A DNA stretch of 64,000 nucleotides from an uncultured Actinomycetes bacterium (GTDB taxonomy: Bacteria; Actinomycetota; UBA4738; HRBIN12): NCBI GenBank assembly GCA_963796725.1, contig CAWCMT010000005.1:338950-402949 (forward strand), in the 5' to 3' direction. Position numbers and translations under genes: made by a program. Shown here piece after piece: positions 29,281 through 38,300 of the stretch. The notes beneath the pieces were generated by a model that ran no database searches, had not been told where the DNA came from, and saw only the letters and a list, made by a program, of their open reading frames with translations. How positions within the stretch are numbered: the stretch's first letter is position 1; each line of letters starts with the position of its first letter.

Positions 29281-29585
29281 GACACGGCCGTGGCGGCACC
29301 GGGAGGCGCTTGCGCCGGCGCGACGATCCCGGCTTGGAGAAGATCCTGCTTCACGATCTTGACGAACCGGGGCGGCGCCTCGAGGGCAGTGGGGTCCTCC
29401 TTCGGATGACCCGCGTAGGACTTCTGCGCGAACATCATGGCGGCACCGAACACGGCGGCGCCGGTGATCACCAGCACCGACTTGGCACCGATGGCCCTCC
29501 TGCGGGCCGCCTCGAACTGGGCGGCTCGCTCGGCGGCCGCCGCATGACGCTCCGAGGCCGGGGCCTTCCTCTTGGTGTTGCTCAC
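29277..29585 (-). CDS. Small single-TM membrane protein (102 aa), first gene of the ApbE operon
   Basis: A basic N-terminus is followed by the TM helix SVLVITGAAVFGAAMMF and a short tail. No FMN-binding motif is present. Confidence 0.55.
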   Translation of the reverse strand: MSNTKRKAPASERHAAAAERAAQFEAARRRAIGAKSVLVITGAAVFGAAMMFAQKSYAGHPKEDPTALEAPPRFVKIVKQDLLQAGIVAPAQAPPGAATAVS

Positions 29586-29711
29586 GCGGATCTAGCCTCC
29601 TGTTCCGTCCGGCCACGACCGCAGTACTCAAGTATGTCGTCGTGATGCCCTCCCCTACATGGGGATTCGGTTAGGGAACGCTTTGGATTTGAGGCGTGGG
29701 AGGATGGGCGG

Positions 29712-30317
29712 ATGGGTCAGATACCCGATCATCGGGGCTTCGATCAGAGCTACCTGGGCGTCCCGCCCTGGGACATCGGACGTGCACAACCCGAGGTCGT
29801 GCGCCTCGCCGAGGCGGGCGGCTTCACGGGTCCGGTGCTCGACGTCGGCTGCGGCACTGGGGAGAACGCGATGGAGCTGTCGTCGCGCGGGCTGGAGGCG
29901 GTCGGCGTCGACGCGGCGCCCCGCGCCATCGAGAAGGCACGGGCGAAGGCGCTCGAGCGCGGCCTGTCGACCGAGTTCTTGTTGGCCGACGCCTTCGCTC
30001 TCGGTGCGTTGGGACGGCGGTTCGCGAGCGCGCTCGACTGCGGCGTGTTCCACGTCTTCGACCCCGACGAGCGACCGGCCTACGTGGCGAGCCTGGCCTC
30101 GGTCCTCGAACGCGGCGGGACGTTGAACCTTATGTGCTTCAGCGACCGCGAACCCGGGGTGATGGGCCCGCGTCGCGTCACGCAGGATGAGCTCCGCGAT
30201 GCGTTCGCCGACGGATGGGACGTGGTCGAGATCGTCCCCACGACGTTCGCGGTGAACGGAGCGGGTGATCGCGCCGAGGCCCAGGCCTGGCGCGCGACGA
30301 TCCGACGCGGTCGATGA
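29712..30317 (+). CDS. Class I SAM-dependent methyltransferase
   Basis: VLDVGCGTGENAMELS (motif I)..VGVDAAPRAIEKA..ALDCGVFHVF. Confidence 0.85.
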   Translation: MGQIPDHRGFDQSYLGVPPWDIGRAQPEVVRLAEAGGFTGPVLDVGCGTGENAMELSSRGLEAVGVDAAPRAIEKARAKALERGLSTEFLLADAFALGALGRRFASALDCGVFHVFDPDERPAYVASLASVLERGGTLNLMCFSDREPGVMGPRRVTQDELRDAFADGWDVVEIVPTTFAVNGAGDRAEAQAWRATIRRGR

Positions 30318-30354
30318 CACAGGGCCATCGAGCACTGGGGCCCTTCGGTCGCGC

Positions 30355-30612
30355 TCAGGCGCGTCGGCGGATGCCGCCCCAGATGAGGAGCACGATGATG
30401 GCTCCCACGAGGGATCCGATGATCCCGCTCGGGCGCAGCGACAACCCGTCACCGGAGATCAGGCTCGCCAGCAGCCCGCCGACGAACGACCCCACGAGAC
30501 CGGCGACCAGCGCCTCACCCCAGTTCCGGTTGCCCGCGCCGCCTCGGCCCAGGATCAACTGCGCGACCCAGCCGATGGCCATCCCGAAGACGATCAACCC
30601 CAAGATCAGCAT
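30355..30612 (-). CDS. GlsB/YeaQ/YmgE (transglycosylase-associated) family stress membrane protein
   Basis: 85 aa: MLILGLIVFGMAIGWVAQLILGRG..GLVGSFVGGLLASL..GSLVGAIIVLLIW. Confidence 0.85.
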   Translation of the reverse strand: MLILGLIVFGMAIGWVAQLILGRGGAGNRNWGEALVAGLVGSFVGGLLASLISGDGLSLRPSGIIGSLVGAIIVLLIWGGIRRRA

Positions 30613-30737
30613 GCCCTCAACTCCTCGTTCGGTTGGTTCGGCGCAGTCTACGGACCCGAGCAGCGGGTCGGGTGCGATGCTTGCGTTGCAGGACCGAGCG
30701 CGCGACCGGTGCCTCGGTTGACACTCGTTCCCCTGGG

Positions 30738-30751
30738 TGCAATCGTTTGCA
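30738..30751. promoter_or_regulatory. LacI-type operator TGCAATCGTTTGCA upstream of the dehydrogenase gene
   Basis: It matches the LacI/cre-like pattern TGnAAnCGnTTnCA and lies 23 nt upstream of GTG 30774. Confidence 0.65.
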
Positions 30752-30773
30752 CCCTGTCGAGGGAGGTGTCCGG

Positions 30774-31742
30774 GTGCCAGAAGGATCGACCGCGCGGATC
30801 GGTTGGATCGGTGCGGGGCGCATGGGAGTCGTTCTGGCGGAGCGGTTGCTTCGTGGTGGCTGTGACGTGAGCGTCTACAACCGCACGCGGGCCAAGGCCG
30901 AACCCCTGCAGGCCCTCGGCGCCACGCTGGCCGACGCCCCCCAGGACCTCAGCGACCGCGACCTCGTCTTCACGATGATCTCCTCCACCGAGGATCTCGA
31001 GGCGGTGACCGACGGTCCAGGCGGGCTCTTCGCCGCCGGCACCGGACCGGGGATGTTGATCGACTGCTCCACCGTGTCCGGCGAGGGTGGCGAAGGTGTG
31101 AGGCGCCGCGCCGAGGAGGTCGGCACCCGGATGCTGGCCGCGCCCGTGAGTGGCAACCCCAAGGTCGCCAAGAGCGGCAAGCTCACCCTGGTCGTCTCCG
31201 GGCCGCGCGGCGCCTTCGACGAGGCACGGCCGTACCTCGAGCTGCTCGGCCGGGGCGTCACCTACGTCGGTGAGGGGGAGGTGGCCCGGCTCGTGAAGAT
31301 CGCCCACAACCTGCTCCTCGGCGTCGTGATCCAGTGTCTCGCCGAGATCACCGTGCTGGCGGAACGGGGTGGTGTCGCGCGGGCGGACCTGTTGGCGTTC
31401 ATCAACGACTCGGTCATGGGCTCCACGTTCTCGCGGTACAAGAGCCCGGCCCTGGTGAACCTGGACTTCCACCCCACCTTCACCGGGCACCTCCTGCGGA
31501 AGGACTTCGAACTCGGACTCGCTGCGGGTCGCAGGCTGGACGTACCCCTGCCGATCGCGGCCGCGGTCCACGAGATCATCACCGGTCTCGTCGGCAGCGG
31601 CTTCGGCGACCAGGACTTCGCCACCCTGCTGCTGCTCGAGGCCGCCGGCGCCGGCATGGAACTCACACCCGAGGGGGTCGCGGTAGACGACGGACTGCAC
31701 CCCGTCGACGACGTCGCCCGCGCGATCATGGGGGAAGACTGA
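30774..31742 (+). CDS. NAD(P)-dependent oxidoreductase, 3-hydroxyisobutyrate / 6-phosphogluconate dehydrogenase-like family
   Basis: GTG 30774 has a GGGAGG RBS. RIGWIGAGRMGVVLAERLL (Rossmann)..VSGNPKVAKSGKLTLVVSG..LVKIAHNLLLG. Confidence 0.85.
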   Translation: MPEGSTARIGWIGAGRMGVVLAERLLRGGCDVSVYNRTRAKAEPLQALGATLADAPQDLSDRDLVFTMISSTEDLEAVTDGPGGLFAAGTGPGMLIDCSTVSGEGGEGVRRRAEEVGTRMLAAPVSGNPKVAKSGKLTLVVSGPRGAFDEARPYLELLGRGVTYVGEGEVARLVKIAHNLLLGVVIQCLAEITVLAERGGVARADLLAFINDSVMGSTFSRYKSPALVNLDFHPTFTGHLLRKDFELGLAAGRRLDVPLPIAAAVHEIITGLVGSGFGDQDFATLLLLEAAGAGMELTPEGVAVDDGLHPVDDVARAIMGED

Positions 31743-31798
31743 ACGACGAGCTCCCCGCCGAGCACCGCGCCACGAACCCCAGGGAGACGCGGCGCCGC

Positions 31799-31812
31799 TG
31801 CAATCGTTTGCT
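31799..31812. promoter_or_regulatory. Second copy of the LacI-type operator (TGCAATCGTTTGCT) upstream of lacI-family gene
   Basis: 13 of 14 positions are identical to 30738..30751. It lies 43 nt upstream of ATG 31855. Confidence 0.55.
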
Positions 31813-31854
31813 CCTGCGGAGAGCCTGCGGCAACTCCCTCTAGACTCGGGGCCC

Positions 31855-32865
31855 ATGGCAGCGAACCTGAAGGACGTGGCGAAGCTGGCCGGCGTGCACC
31901 CGGCGACGGCGTCGCGAGCGCTGAACGAGCGCACCGCGAGCATGTTGAGTCCCGAGACGGTCGAGCGCGTCCGCGAGGCGGCCGACGAACTCGGCTACCG
32001 TGCCAACCATCTGGCGCGCAGCCTGAAGACGCGACGCTCGCGGACGATCGGGATGTTGGTTCCCGACATCACCAACCCGTTCTTCCCGGGGATGGTGCGC
32101 GGCGCCGAAGACGCCCTGCACGAGTCGGGCTATACGCTCGTCCTCGCCGATACCGACAACGACCCCGATGAGGAGCGCCGGCATCGCGATGTGATGCTCG
32201 ACCGACAGGTCGAGGGCCTGCTCCTGGCGACGGCTCGGCGTCGGGACACCGTGATCGACGAACTCGCTGCCGCCGAGGTCCCCTTCGTCCTCGTGAACCG
32301 GACGGTGGACCGCGGGAGGGTGGCGGCGGTGATCCCCGACGACCATGCGGGCATGATGCTGGCGGTCGACCACCTCCATGACCTGGGACATCGCACCATC
32401 GCCCACCTCGCCGGCCCTTCGTCGACATCGTCGGGAGCTCGCCGCTCGGCGGGGTTCCTCGCGGCGATGAGTGCGCTGGAGTTGAAGCCCGGTCCGCTCG
32501 CGGAGGCCGCCGGGTTCACGATCGAGGCAGGGCGCGCGGTGGCGGCGGAGCTGTTCGCCGAGGAGCACGGCACGACCGCGGTCGTCGCCGCCAACGACCT
32601 GATCGCGATCGGCGTCCTGGACGCGGCGTCCGGCCTGGGCCTGTCGTGCCCCGCCGACTTCTCGCTGGTGGGCTTCAACGACATGTCGTTCGTGGACCGA
32701 CTCCAGCCTCCGCTCACGACCGCTCGGATCGACCAATACGCGCAGGGGCTTCGGGCCGGGCGCCTGCTGCTCGCCTTGATCGAGGACCCCGGGATCCCCC
32801 GCGAGACCGTCATGATCACGCCCGAGCTCGTGGTCCGCGGATCGACCGCGGCGCCCCCGCCATAG
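31855..32865 (+). CDS. LacI family transcriptional regulator
   Basis: The HTH is MAANLKDVAKLAGVHPATASRALN. A periplasmic-binding-protein-like effector domain follows. Confidence 0.95.
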   Translation: MAANLKDVAKLAGVHPATASRALNERTASMLSPETVERVREAADELGYRANHLARSLKTRRSRTIGMLVPDITNPFFPGMVRGAEDALHESGYTLVLADTDNDPDEERRHRDVMLDRQVEGLLLATARRRDTVIDELAAAEVPFVLVNRTVDRGRVAAVIPDDHAGMMLAVDHLHDLGHRTIAHLAGPSSTSSGARRSAGFLAAMSALELKPGPLAEAAGFTIEAGRAVAAELFAEEHGTTAVVAANDLIAIGVLDAASGLGLSCPADFSLVGFNDMSFVDRLQPPLTTARIDQYAQGLRAGRLLLALIEDPGIPRETVMITPELVVRGSTAAPPP

Positions 32866-32927
32866 GTTCGCTCGAGGCCCGCTGAGCGCCCCGCTTGGAT
32901 TGACAAGCCAACATCGCCTACCTAGGA

Positions 32928-32941
32928 TGCAAACGATTGCA
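32928..32941. promoter_or_regulatory. Third copy of the LacI-type operator (TGCAAACGATTGCA, reverse complement of the first) upstream of the ABC importer
   Basis: It is the exact reverse complement of 30738..30751 and lies 52 nt upstream of ATG 32993. Confidence 0.65.
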
Positions 32942-32992
32942 CGGCATCACACCATCTCGCACCATGGACTGCACCAGGTGAAAGGACGGGTC

Positions 32993-34237
32993 ATGGCTCA
33001 CGGGCGTAGCAAGCTGGTGCTGGCGGCGGCTCTCACCGTCGTCCTCCTCGCGGCATGTTCGAGCTCCAGTTCGAACTCGCCCAGCGCAGGCGGATCATCG
33101 AGCGGTTCGACGGAGCCGATCGTCATCGGCATCTCGCTCTCCCAGACGGGAGACTTCTCCGACCCGGGTAAGGCCGCCGAGCGCGGGTACCAGCTATGGG
33201 CCGACACCGTGAACGCGAACGGTGGGATCATGGGGCGACAGGTCGAGCTGAAGATCGCCGACGACGCCAGCGACCCGAACCAAGCCGTCACGAACTACCA
33301 GAACTTCATCTCCAAGGACAAGGTCGATCTGGTCTTCGGACCTTTCTCGACCCTGCTGAGCGTTCCGTCGGCGCAGATCGCGAACCGCTACGGCTACGCG
33401 TTCGTCGAGCCGGCCGGCGGTGGGCCCGACATGTTCGCCGCGAAGCTGCCGAACGTGTTCTTCGTGCAACCCGCGCCCGTCCTGGCCTGCGGTCAGCCCT
33501 TCGTGGACTGGGTGCTGTCCCTGCCCAAGGACCAGCAGCCGAAGACGGCCGCCTACGTCTCGATGGATGACCCGTTCGCGTCGCCCATAGCCGACGAGAT
33601 GCAGAAGCAGTTCGAGGCGGCAGGGATCAAGACCGTCTACAAGACGATCTACCCGCCCGAAACGACGAACATGACGCCGATCGTCTCGGCGGCTGCGTCC
33701 AAGAACCCGGACATGTGGGTCGGCGGCACCCAGTCGGCGGACGCCTACGCGCAGGTCAAGTCGATGATCTCCTTGAACTTCAACCCGAAGTTCCTCTACC
33801 TCTCCAACGGCGCCAGCTCCCCCACCGAGTTCCCCTCGAAGGTGGGTCCCAAGAACACGCAGGGCATCTTCAGCTGCGGCGACTGGTTCCCGAACTCCGA
33901 CGCTCCCGGGAACCAGGACTTCATCAGCGCCTACACGGCGAAGTACGGTGGCGACGCGTTCGGCATCGACTCCACCTCCGCCGAGGCCTACGCGGTGGGC
34001 CAGCTGATCCAGGCGGTGGCCGACAAGACCGGCTCGATCGACAACGCCACCATCATCAAGACCCTGCACTCGGGCAGCTGGCCGACGGTGGAGGGCAACC
34101 TGAGCTGGGATCAGTACGGCATGCCGCAGGGATCGGACATGCTGGTCGAGTGGATCGACCAGAAGCTCGTTCCGGTCTATCCGCCCGATGTCGCGTTGCA
34201 GGACCCGGTGTACCCGAAGCCGAACTGGGCCGGATAA
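32993..34237 (+). CDS. ABC transporter substrate-binding lipoprotein, branched-chain amino acid (LivK/Leu-Ile-Val-binding) family
   Basis: MAHGRSKLVLAAALTVVLLAACSSS (lipobox)..IVIGISLSQTGDFSDPGKAAERGYQLW..INANGGIMGRQVEL is the type I PBP pattern. Confidence 0.9.
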   Translation: MAHGRSKLVLAAALTVVLLAACSSSSSNSPSAGGSSSGSTEPIVIGISLSQTGDFSDPGKAAERGYQLWADTVNANGGIMGRQVELKIADDASDPNQAVTNYQNFISKDKVDLVFGPFSTLLSVPSAQIANRYGYAFVEPAGGGPDMFAAKLPNVFFVQPAPVLACGQPFVDWVLSLPKDQQPKTAAYVSMDDPFASPIADEMQKQFEAAGIKTVYKTIYPPETTNMTPIVSAAASKNPDMWVGGTQSADAYAQVKSMISLNFNPKFLYLSNGASSPTEFPSKVGPKNTQGIFSCGDWFPNSDAPGNQDFISAYTAKYGGDAFGIDSTSAEAYAVGQLIQAVADKTGSIDNATIIKTLHSGSWPTVEGNLSWDQYGMPQGSDMLVEWIDQKLVPVYPPDVALQDPVYPKPNWAG

Positions 34238-34287
34238 TCGCTGGGGTCCTGGTTCCGAAGACCGCGAGTACCTAAGGGGAGGCTCGG

Positions 34288-35166
34288 GTGCGCCTGTTCA
34301 TCCAGGCCGTGATCCTCGGGCTGCTCACGGGCGGCGTGTATGCGCTGATGGCGAGCGGGCTCACGCTCGCGTTCGGGATCATGCGCATCATCAACGTCGC
34401 CCAGGGCGTGATGATCATCCTCGGATCCTTCCTGAGCTACTCGCTGTTCACGCAGTTCCACCTGGATCCGTTCCTCTCGGTCCTCCTGGTGATGCCCGCG
34501 GTGTTCGTGCTGGGCGTCGTGATCCAGCTGCTGTTCATCCGGCCGCTGCGCTCCGACGAGCGGGAGGAGCTCTCGCTCCTCGTCACCTGGGCCGTGGCGT
34601 TGGGGATCGAGGGCGTGCTGGGCCTCGTGTACTCGACCACCTACCGTTCGACGATCCCCTCCTATGCACAGGGCTCATGGGTCATAGGGGGGTACTCGAT
34701 CTTGCAGGTGCAGGTGTACGCGTTCACGCTGTCGATCGTGATCCTGGTGGCGCTCGGACTCCTCCTCGCGCGCACCAGCTTCGGAAGAGCCGTGCGGGGC
34801 GTGGTCCAGAACCCGAGTTCGGCTGCCCTGCTGGGGGTCGACGAGCGGAAGGTGGCCGCGATCGGCTTCGGTATCAGCGTGGCCACGGCCGCGGCCGCAG
34901 GCGCCGTCTACGGCATCGTCTCGCCGTTCAACCCGGGGAGCCACTACGACCTGATCTCCCTGCTCCTCACGATCATCGTGCTGGGCGGGCTCGGGAGCCT
35001 TCCCGGGGCCGTGGTCGCCGCCCTGATGATGGGCGTGGCCGAGGCCCTCCTCGCCACCTACACCACCCCCCAATGGGGCAAGCTCACCTTCTTCATCCTC
35101 CTGATCGTGTTCCTGGTGTTCCGGCCCCAGGGGTTGTTCGGCACCGTGGAACGGGGCAAGTTGTGA
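34288..35166 (+). CDS. Branched-chain amino acid ABC transporter permease (LivH-like)
   Basis: The 292-aa polytopic ORF begins MRLFIQAVILGLLTGGVYALMASGLTLAFGIMRIINVAQG. Confidence 0.9.
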   Translation: MRLFIQAVILGLLTGGVYALMASGLTLAFGIMRIINVAQGVMIILGSFLSYSLFTQFHLDPFLSVLLVMPAVFVLGVVIQLLFIRPLRSDEREELSLLVTWAVALGIEGVLGLVYSTTYRSTIPSYAQGSWVIGGYSILQVQVYAFTLSIVILVALGLLLARTSFGRAVRGVVQNPSSAALLGVDERKVAAIGFGISVATAAAAGAVYGIVSPFNPGSHYDLISLLLTIIVLGGLGSLPGAVVAALMMGVAEALLATYTTPQWGKLTFFILLIVFLVFRPQGLFGTVERGKL

Positions 35167-36191
35167 GACGGATCACGCCGATCGGCGTCGCCGTCACGGT
35201 GGTGATCCTCGGGGCGCTCCTCGCCTTCCCGTTCGTCTTCAAGGCGAACTGGGTCGTCAACATCGCGGTGTTCACGATGATGTACGCCGGTCTCGCGACC
35301 GCATGGAACCTGCTCGGCGGCTACTCCGGCTACCTCTCGCTGGGCAACGCCGCGTTCTTCGGCGTCGGCGCCTACGTGATGGCCAACTGGTTCCCCACCG
35401 CCGGCGGGCCGCCCGGCTACACGCCGTTCCTGGTGCTCCCGCTCCTGGGCCTCGCGGTGGCGATCCTCTCCCTGCCGATCGCCTGGATCGCGTTCCGCAC
35501 CCGGGACGCGACCTTCGCGATCGTCACGATCACGCTGCTGTTCGTGGCGCAGACCCTGGCGTTCCTCCTGCACAGCTACACGAACGGCTCCTCGGGGATG
35601 GGCCTCGGCGTGCCGCGGTTCGACGTGGCGACGTACGAGCGCCCCTTCTACCTGGCGCTCCTGGCGATCTTCGCGCTGGGGGTCTTCCTGTGCTGGTACG
35701 CCACGCGATCGAAGCTGGGGCTGATGCTGTTCGCGATCCGCGACGACGAGGACCGCGCCCGGGGCGTGGGGGTGAACACGGAGGCGACCAAGCTGGTGAC
35801 CTTCGCGATCAGCCTGGGGCTCACCGCGATGATCGGCGGCGTCTGGGCGTACTACATGACCTACATCTACCCGCAGTTCGCGGTGGACCCGCTGGTCACG
35901 ATCGGGATGGTGCTGATGGTATTCCTGGGGGGCCGGGGCACCCTGTGGGGCCCGCTCCTGGGCGCCGTCCTGCTGGTCCCCGCGCAGCAGATGCTGGCCC
36001 AGAACGCGACGACCGCGAAGTGGTACCTGGTCCTCTACTCGGCCGTGTTCCTCATCGTGATCCTGCTCATGCCGCGCGGGATCATCCCCTCGATCCAGGA
36101 TCTGATCGCGAAGTACCGGAGCTCGCCGAAGGATGCGTCCCTCGCCGGTGAGGAGCCGACGACCCGTGTGGGCGAAGAGGTGACGCCGTGA
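35163..36191 (+). CDS. Branched-chain amino acid ABC transporter permease (LivM-like)
   Basis: This is the C-terminal 342 codons of ORF 34188..36191, from GTG 35163 (GTGA overlap with the LivH-like stop). It reads ..AWNLLGGYSGYLSLGNAAFFGVGAY..FAIRDDEDRARGVGVN. Confidence 0.9.
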   Translation: MRRITPIGVAVTVVILGALLAFPFVFKANWVVNIAVFTMMYAGLATAWNLLGGYSGYLSLGNAAFFGVGAYVMANWFPTAGGPPGYTPFLVLPLLGLAVAILSLPIAWIAFRTRDATFAIVTITLLFVAQTLAFLLHSYTNGSSGMGLGVPRFDVATYERPFYLALLAIFALGVFLCWYATRSKLGLMLFAIRDDEDRARGVGVNTEATKLVTFAISLGLTAMIGGVWAYYMTYIYPQFAVDPLVTIGMVLMVFLGGRGTLWGPLLGAVLLVPAQQMLAQNATTAKWYLVLYSAVFLIVILLMPRGIIPSIQDLIAKYRSSPKDASLAGEEPTTRVGEEVTP

Positions 36192-36971
36192 GCACGGTGC
36201 CAGACGCCCACGCGCGGCAGCCCGCTCCAGCTCCCGGAGCGACGGCGCCGCTCCTCGAGGTCGACGGATTGACCAAGCGCTTCGGGGGCGTGCTGGCCGT
36301 CAGCGGCGCGACCTTCTCCGTGGCCGAGGGCTCGATCACCGGGCTGATCGGCCCCAACGGATCGGGCAAGACCACGGTGTTCAACATGGTCACCGGCTAC
36401 CTGGAGGCCGACGCGGGACAGGTGCGGTTCGCGGGCGACACGATCCGCCACCCGAACCCGCGCACGCTCTACCGCCGGGGTCTATCGCGCACGTTCCAGC
36501 AGGCTCGGGTCTTCCCCCAGATGACGCTGATCGAGAACCTGGTGGTCGCGGTGGTGCAGCCCACGCTGCGATGGGTCGCCGAGGCGTCGGACGCGAGGAC
36601 CTCGACAGGGCCCATGAATTGCTCGAGCGATTCGGTCTCGGAGCGCACGCCGAGCGCCAGGCCGGCGAGCTCTCGTTCGGCCAGCGGAAGTTTCTGGAGT
36701 TCGCCACGGTGCTGATGGGTCGCCCAAGGCTGGTGCTCCTGGACGAGCCGGCGCCGGGGGTGAACCCCGTGATGGTGAGCAGATGGAGCAGCACATCCGC
36801 GACGTCCACGGCGAAGGCGTGACGTTCCTGGTCGTGGAGCACGACATGGGCCTCATCATGCGGCTGTGCGATCTGATCGTGGTGCTGGACCACGGGGCGA
36901 AGATCGCCGAAGGCAGCCCGGATCAGGTTCGTTCGGATCCGGCGGTTCTCGACGCCTACCTGGGGGAATGA
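36188..36971 (+). pseudogene. Branched-chain amino acid ABC transporter ATP-binding protein (LivG-like); two frame breaks (~36568, ~36780)
   Basis: LLEVDGLTKRFGGVLAV..GLIGPNGSGKTTVFN is in ORF 36188. ..ELSFGQRKFLEFATVLMGRPRLVLLDEPAPGVNP is in ORF 36571. ..VTFLVVEHDMGLIM..DPAVLDAYLGE is in ORF 36783. Confidence 0.85.
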
Positions 36972-37735
36972 TGAGCGACACCTTCCTCTCCATCAGCGGC
37001 GTGATCGCAGGATACGGCCGGGGCGACATCCTGAAGGGCGTCGATCTCGAGGTGGAGCGGGGTGCCATCACCTGCGTCATCGGCCCGAACGGCGCGGGCA
37101 AGTCGACGGTCCTCAAGGTGCTGAGCGGGCTACTCACGCCGCGCACCGGCACGGTGGTGCTGGACGGCGAGACCATCAGCGGCCGATCGCCGCGGGAGGT
37201 GCTGGGCCACGGAGTCGTCCACGTGCCGCAGGAGCGGAGCCTGTTCCCGTCGATGAGCGTCTGGGACAACGTGCTGATGGGCGGCTACGTGCTGCCGCGG
37301 GCCACGGTGCGCGCGCGCATCGAGCAGATCGCCGAGCGCTTCTCGATCGTGCGGGAACGCCGTCGCGCGCACGCGGGGTCGCTGTCAGGCGGCGAGCAGA
37401 AGATCGTGGAGATCGCCCGGGCGATGATGCTGGAGCCGCGCCTGGTCCTCATGGACGAACCCTCGATGGGCCTGGATCCGAAGGCACGCCGGCTGGTGTT
37501 CGCGACGGTGCGCGAGCTCAACGAGGCCGGCACCACCGTGCTGCTGGTCGAGCAGAACGCACGGTCGGGCCTGGAGGTCGCGAACCGCGGCGCCGTGATG
37601 GAGACGGGCACGGTGCGGCTCGAAGGCGATGCCCACACACTGCTTGACGACCCCGAGGTGGCCCGGCTGTACCTCGGCGCAGCGGCCCGGTCGCTTGAAC
37701 ACCCGATCACGAACCCTTCCGCAGAGCACCCCTGA
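36968..37735 (+). CDS. Branched-chain amino acid ABC transporter ATP-binding protein (LivF-like)
   Basis: From ATG 36968 (ATGA overlap): ..GPNGAGKSTVLK..LSGGEQKIVEIARAMMLEPRLVLMDEPSMGLDP..LLVEQNA. Confidence 0.9.
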   Translation: MMSDTFLSISGVIAGYGRGDILKGVDLEVERGAITCVIGPNGAGKSTVLKVLSGLLTPRTGTVVLDGETISGRSPREVLGHGVVHVPQERSLFPSMSVWDNVLMGGYVLPRATVRARIEQIAERFSIVRERRRAHAGSLSGGEQKIVEIARAMMLEPRLVLMDEPSMGLDPKARRLVFATVRELNEAGTTVLLVEQNARSGLEVANRGAVMETGTVRLEGDAHTLLDDPEVARLYLGAAARSLEHPITNPSAEHP

Positions 37736-37852
37736 ACCAACCGACCCGCAGGCACGTAGCCCCAGCACGAGATCGGCGCCGCGGGCCCACACGCGAAGGA
37801 GCCCCCGCTTGGGGGGCTCCTTCGCCCTGGAGGGCGTCATGCGACGGCCCGT

Positions 37853-38146
37853 TCAGCGCAGGCTCATGTCGGGCGAGGGGTCGCCGTAGCCGTCGTGCTG
37901 GCCGTCGTTCGATCCGTCCTTGCGGTCCCAGGACTCCTTGTAGGTGTCCTTGCCGCTCTTGTCGGAGGTCCGGTCCTTCGTGGTGTCGTGGGTCTTCTCG
38001 AACGCCGAGTGCTCGCGAGCGACGTCGACCTTGCCGTCCTTCGACGAGACCGGGCCAGCTCCTGTGCCCGCGAACGCCGCCGTGGTGCCACCCACGAGCC
38101 CGAGCGTCAGGAGGCCTGCAGCCGCTGCCTTCGTGACCTTGTTCAT
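37853..38146 (-). CDS. Small secreted, highly charged (D/K/H/S/T-rich) protein
   Basis: The signal peptide is MNKVTKAAAAGLLTLGLVGGTTAAFA. The mature part is low complexity (KDGKVDVAREHSAFEKTHDTTKDRTSDKSGKDTYKESWDRKDGSNDGQHDGYGD). Confidence 0.6.
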   Translation of the reverse strand: MNKVTKAAAAGLLTLGLVGGTTAAFAGTGAGPVSSKDGKVDVAREHSAFEKTHDTTKDRTSDKSGKDTYKESWDRKDGSNDGQHDGYGDPSPDMSLR

Positions 38147-38219
38147 GTCCGTCCCCTTCCGTTCCTCTGGCTCCCGGCCTTTCCGGGTGCCGCTGTTGAG
38201 GTCACCCTAGGAACGGGGG

Positions 38220-38280
38220 CATGAGAGGAAGATGAAAGGGACGGCCCCGGCCGGAACTCTCATGGAACGCTCATGAAGCG
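38220..38280. promoter_or_regulatory. Two pairs of 11-bp-phased direct repeats upstream of the response-regulator gene
   Basis: ATGAGAGGAAG/ATGAAAGGGAC lie at 38221-38242 and CTCATGGAACG/CTCATGAAGCG at 38259-38280. The hexamer CATGAG occurs three times (once forward, twice reverse). Confidence 0.35.
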
Positions 38281-38300
38281 GGTGTCACACTCGTGGCGTC

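Noticed and set aside
30648-31943. 431-aa minus-strand ORF
   Set aside because: It is an antisense shadow of the HIBADH-like dehydrogenase gene.
34188-35162. N-terminal half of the 667-aa ORF 34188..36191
   Set aside because: It overlaps the LivH-like permease in another frame and is Arg/Gly/Pro-rich. The real LivM-like gene starts at GTG 35163, coupled to the LivH-like stop.
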